NCBI GenBank assembly: GCA_016906335.1
Contig: JADEYG010000007.1
Coordinates: forward strand, 1,922,001-1,986,000
Origin: Novakomyces olei
Lineage: Eukaryota
Direction: 5' to 3'
Length of the DNA stretch: 64,000 nt
Shown here piece after piece: positions 60,739 to 64,000 of this stretch. Below the pieces are notes generated by a model. The model was not told the DNA's origin, ran no database searches, and worked only from the letters and a program-made list of their open reading frames with translations. Position 1 is the first letter of the stretch; every line of letters begins with the position of its first letter. The position numbers were made by a program, and so were the translations under genes.

Positions 60739-63408
60739 ATGTCTGGTGGTCAAAGTGCCCTGGACGGGACTGAACCGCGTTTACTGCAAATAATATGGTA
60801 TTCGCTAGACAATGGCATGTTGGAAAATGCTCTTTTTTATTCGGAACTGCTCGTTCAACAGTCGCCAGATATGCCTCAGGCTCGGCATGTGCGCGCACTA
60901 GCGCAGTTTCGCTCGGGACAGTATAACGAGGCCTTTTCCACCTGTGTGGATTATGCACAGAATCATATTGGATGCGCTTATATTTTGGCTCAGGCTGCTC
61001 TCAAACTCAACAAATGTGCAGAGGGAATAAAGAGCTTGGAGACTGCGTATGCTCATCTGGAACAGACTTCAGCTCTAGGTATTGATTGATTGATTGGTTG
61101 ATTGATTGATTTGTCTGTTTATTCATTTATTTACTATTCATTTATTTATTTATATCGTTTTTATCGTTGCTCGCAGCTTACTTGTTCTAGGATCGCATGA
61201 CGAGTACGCTCGATCGCCGTTGCCTGATAATGGTGCAATTTTATTGTTGCAAGGCCATTTGTTTCGCAAACAAGAGGATATGCGTCAGGCGGCTATAAGC
61301 TATGCCCGGGCTCTCAAGTTCAATCCTTACTTGTGGGAGGCTTTCGATGCTCTATGCCAGCTGGGTAGGTCTATTGATTTACTGCTTGATTCAATTTATG
61401 TTAATTGATGAATTGATTTTATTTTATTGAATTCATGAAATCAATTTACTTGTCTTGTACCCTTAATGCTCTTTCCTTCTTGAAGCTAATACAACTTGCA
61501 AGGTGTCGAATTGAATATCGAGAATATTTTTAAACCTAATGAGCTCTTACTTCCTGTAAGGTCTCGTGATGAGGAGAGGCCACTATCGGGACTAGAACGG
61601 CCAACAGATATCGATATGCCTATACGCCCGGCTGTTTCACATGAGCCATTACGCAACAGTCGCATGGGAATGAGGCTTGAGGCCATGCACGACGGCCTCG
61701 AACCGGATCTCACTACTCCAGGGTAAGAGGAAAAAAAAACAAAAAATGATACAAATTATAGAAAAATGAAAGGAAACCCCTCTCTACCTCTAGCTTTCTA
61801 TACCCATATACTTTAATGTCCTGAATCTAATGTATAGGACACCTACGATTGGAGTAAGACAGGACCACGGGGCAAGACCGTACTTGGCTCCAAGGGAATC
61901 ACTTGGGGCAACACCGTTGGAGTTTGTAAGGAGAAAACTGACGGCAAGACAGCCGCGCACATCAGTGGCAGCAGCCACTGCTTCCCTGGCCTCTTCGTCC
62001 ACGAGGTCTCGCAAAGACGGCGACGAAGACGACTCTATGCAGGCAGTCGCGGCAGTAAGAAAAAGGCCGCTCAGCAATCGAGCAGGTGGACATTTGTTCT
62101 CGGGAAAAGCCGGAAGACGAATAATGGAGCAAACACTGGATGAAGGAATGATGGAGGAGGACGGTCCGGCTTCAGCAGCAATCAGTGAAGAGCCTTCTTC
62201 ACAGGACGAAAAGCTTTTATCGACACTGTACAAAGTCGCCTGCGCGAGTTATGCGCTTTCACGTTACTCTATTGACGATGCAATCACCATGTTTAAGTCT
62301 CTGAGCAGCAATTTGCGGGAGTCAGAGACCGTCCTGGCACAACTGGCTATTGCTTACTACGAGGCTGCCCAGTACGAAGCAGCTAAAGACTGTTTTGCCA
62401 AACTGCGGGCGATTGCACCTTACAGAACTCGCGGAATGGAAAAGTATTCGACCACACTTTGGCACTTGAACAAGGACGTAGAGCTCAGTTGCCTCGCCCG
62501 TGATCTACTGCAGCAGGATCGCCTATCCCCTCAAGCCTGGTGCGCTATGAGCAACAGTCTCAGCCTGCACAAAGAGCATATTGCTGCTCTGAAATGTGTA
62601 AAGAGGGCAATTCAATTAGATCCGGTTTTTGCCTATGCCTATACGATCCAGGGTCATGAATTGGTGGCCACTGAAGAGTTTGAAAAGGCACAAAACTCGT
62701 ACCGGCAGGCGATTAGGGTAGATAAAAGGCATTACAACGCATGGTACGGATTAGGGATGGTATACTTGAAGATTGGGGATAATTCAGAGGCAGAGATTCA
62801 TTTCCGTAATGCCGCAAAGATTAACCCTAACAATTCAGTGCTGCTCTGCTGTATCGGAATGGTAAGGGTTATATACACATCTCGTTTAATTGCCTATGCT
62901 AATTGTAGATTATGGAGAGAAAGTCAGACCTTACAGAGGCACTTTCCATGTATCAGAAGGCTTCAAAGTTAGCGCCAAATTCGGCACTGGCCTTGTTCAA
63001 GCAGGCTAAAGTATTGATTGCATTGGGCAAAGTTGAGGTGAGGCAGCATATGAGAAGGTTCCAAAAAAGATCTTGAAAAAATAATAAAAGATAAAGAACA
63101 CGAATAACCCTTATTAATATTAAAAATTAAAATTGAAATAATACAATGAAGCATAATGCTAACATTTAGGTGGCTCTACGAATACTTGATTTCTTAAAGG
63201 ACATCGCTCCGGATGAAGCAAATGTGCATTTTTTGACGGGAAAGCTGTACGATTATGTCGGCGAAAAGACGCTGGCTCTAAGGCATTTTACGATCGCGGC
63301 CAATCTCGACAACAAAGCGAGTCATATTATTAAAGAAACGATCGGTAGGACATACTTTTGTTTGGTGGATTTGACTAACAATGCATTATAGAGCTGCTCA
63401 ACAGCTAG
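60739..63408 (+). CDS. CDC27: APC/C TPR subunit Cdc27/Apc3 (Nuc2), 7 exons
   Basis: IIWYSLDNGMLENALFYSE, ALKFNPYLWEAF, MEKYSTTLWHL, SPQAWC, FAYAYTIQGHE, RHYNAWYGLG, APDEANVHFL. The last micro-exon ELLNS* is inferred. Confidence 0.92.
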
Positions 63409-63608
63409 AAACGCTGTAGATATACCCTGTAAATAATATCGTTAACACAATCACAACAAGTATTCGTTCTGTAGTGAGACTGGCTTGTAGATCTGTAGAG
63501 TCATATGTCAAAGACAAATGTGGTTGTCTGAGAAAGCTATTTGAGAGTATATATTGTTAAAAAGCATCTCTTTATGTACTAGGTCGATCTGATTAGTCAG
63601 ATAGAATA

Positions 63609-63696
63609 GCCCATTTAGCATAGTGGTATTGCGTTGCACTCGTACTGACAAAGTTGATTAATGCAGAGGTCGGGAGTTCGAATCTTCCAATGGGCA
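63609..63696 (+). tRNA. tRNA-Thr(CGT) with a 16-nt intron
   Basis: Acceptor GCCCATT/AATGGGC+A, D-loop AGTGGTA, anticodon stem TTGCA/TGCAG with CGT at 63641-63643, intron 63645-63660 after position 37, T arm GGGAG-TTCGAAT-CTTCC, T5 run shortly downstream. Confidence 0.92.
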
Positions 63697-64000
63697 AAAA
63701 TTTAAATTTTTATTATTATTTTTCTCTATAATCATGGAGCTACAAGATTATTATGTCATACTGCTATATCGCTTTATTGCATTATTTTTAAATTATTCTT
63801 TTTAGTATTGTTAATTGTAGTTTTCGATAGCAAGTCGAGCAGGCGGGGCAGTGCTAATTATATCCACCATTCTCAGCAGCAAAAGTCAGGCAGAAGAATG
63901 TTTTGGTTTTAGGGACAGCAAAACTAGCTGACTCTCTAAACTGCAGTTGCGCAGCTGCGATTTCGCTCGAAAAGCTCGCAACTTGCTGCGTACAACTTAC

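Overview
Gene-dense, intron-rich nuclear DNA of a yeast-like ascomycete. Compact genes, mostly 34-60 nt introns, Homol-D/Homol-E promoter boxes and a Uch37 gene point to Taphrinomycotina or an early-branching yeast. CTG falls at conserved Leu positions, so the code is standard. I reconstructed 29 protein-coding genes by hand-splicing, mostly housekeeping: an ABCB transporter (5'-truncated), ODC1, five cytosolic ribosomal proteins, NAP1, myosin V, PFF1, EST1-like, SER3, RAD23, UCH37, OSH1, ATG27, SKP1, SET5-like, TSC10, GPI11, YAR1, UBC7, MOB2, CBR1, a Stealth-family phosphotransferase, an RRM+YTH protein, NAM9, CDC27 and one orphan. There is also an intron-containing tRNA-Thr(CGT). Signals outside the ORF track: (1) a family of 240-281 bp solo LTRs with 5-bp TSDs in Pol II promoters, one with a duplicated junction and a G21 tract; (2) a ~700-nt hairpin-rich non-coding stretch between NAP1 and MYO2 that ends on the minus strand in an Sm-type site abutting a splice-donor-like GU, a speculative telomerase-RNA or other Sm-class ncRNA candidate; (3) a Homol-D/Homol-E ribosomal-protein regulon; (4) an orphan protein with a D-box, a KEN box and CDK sites; (5) frequent AAG acceptors, degenerate branch points and intron-like elements downstream of stop codons. 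Gene names rest on recognised motifs, not database searches.
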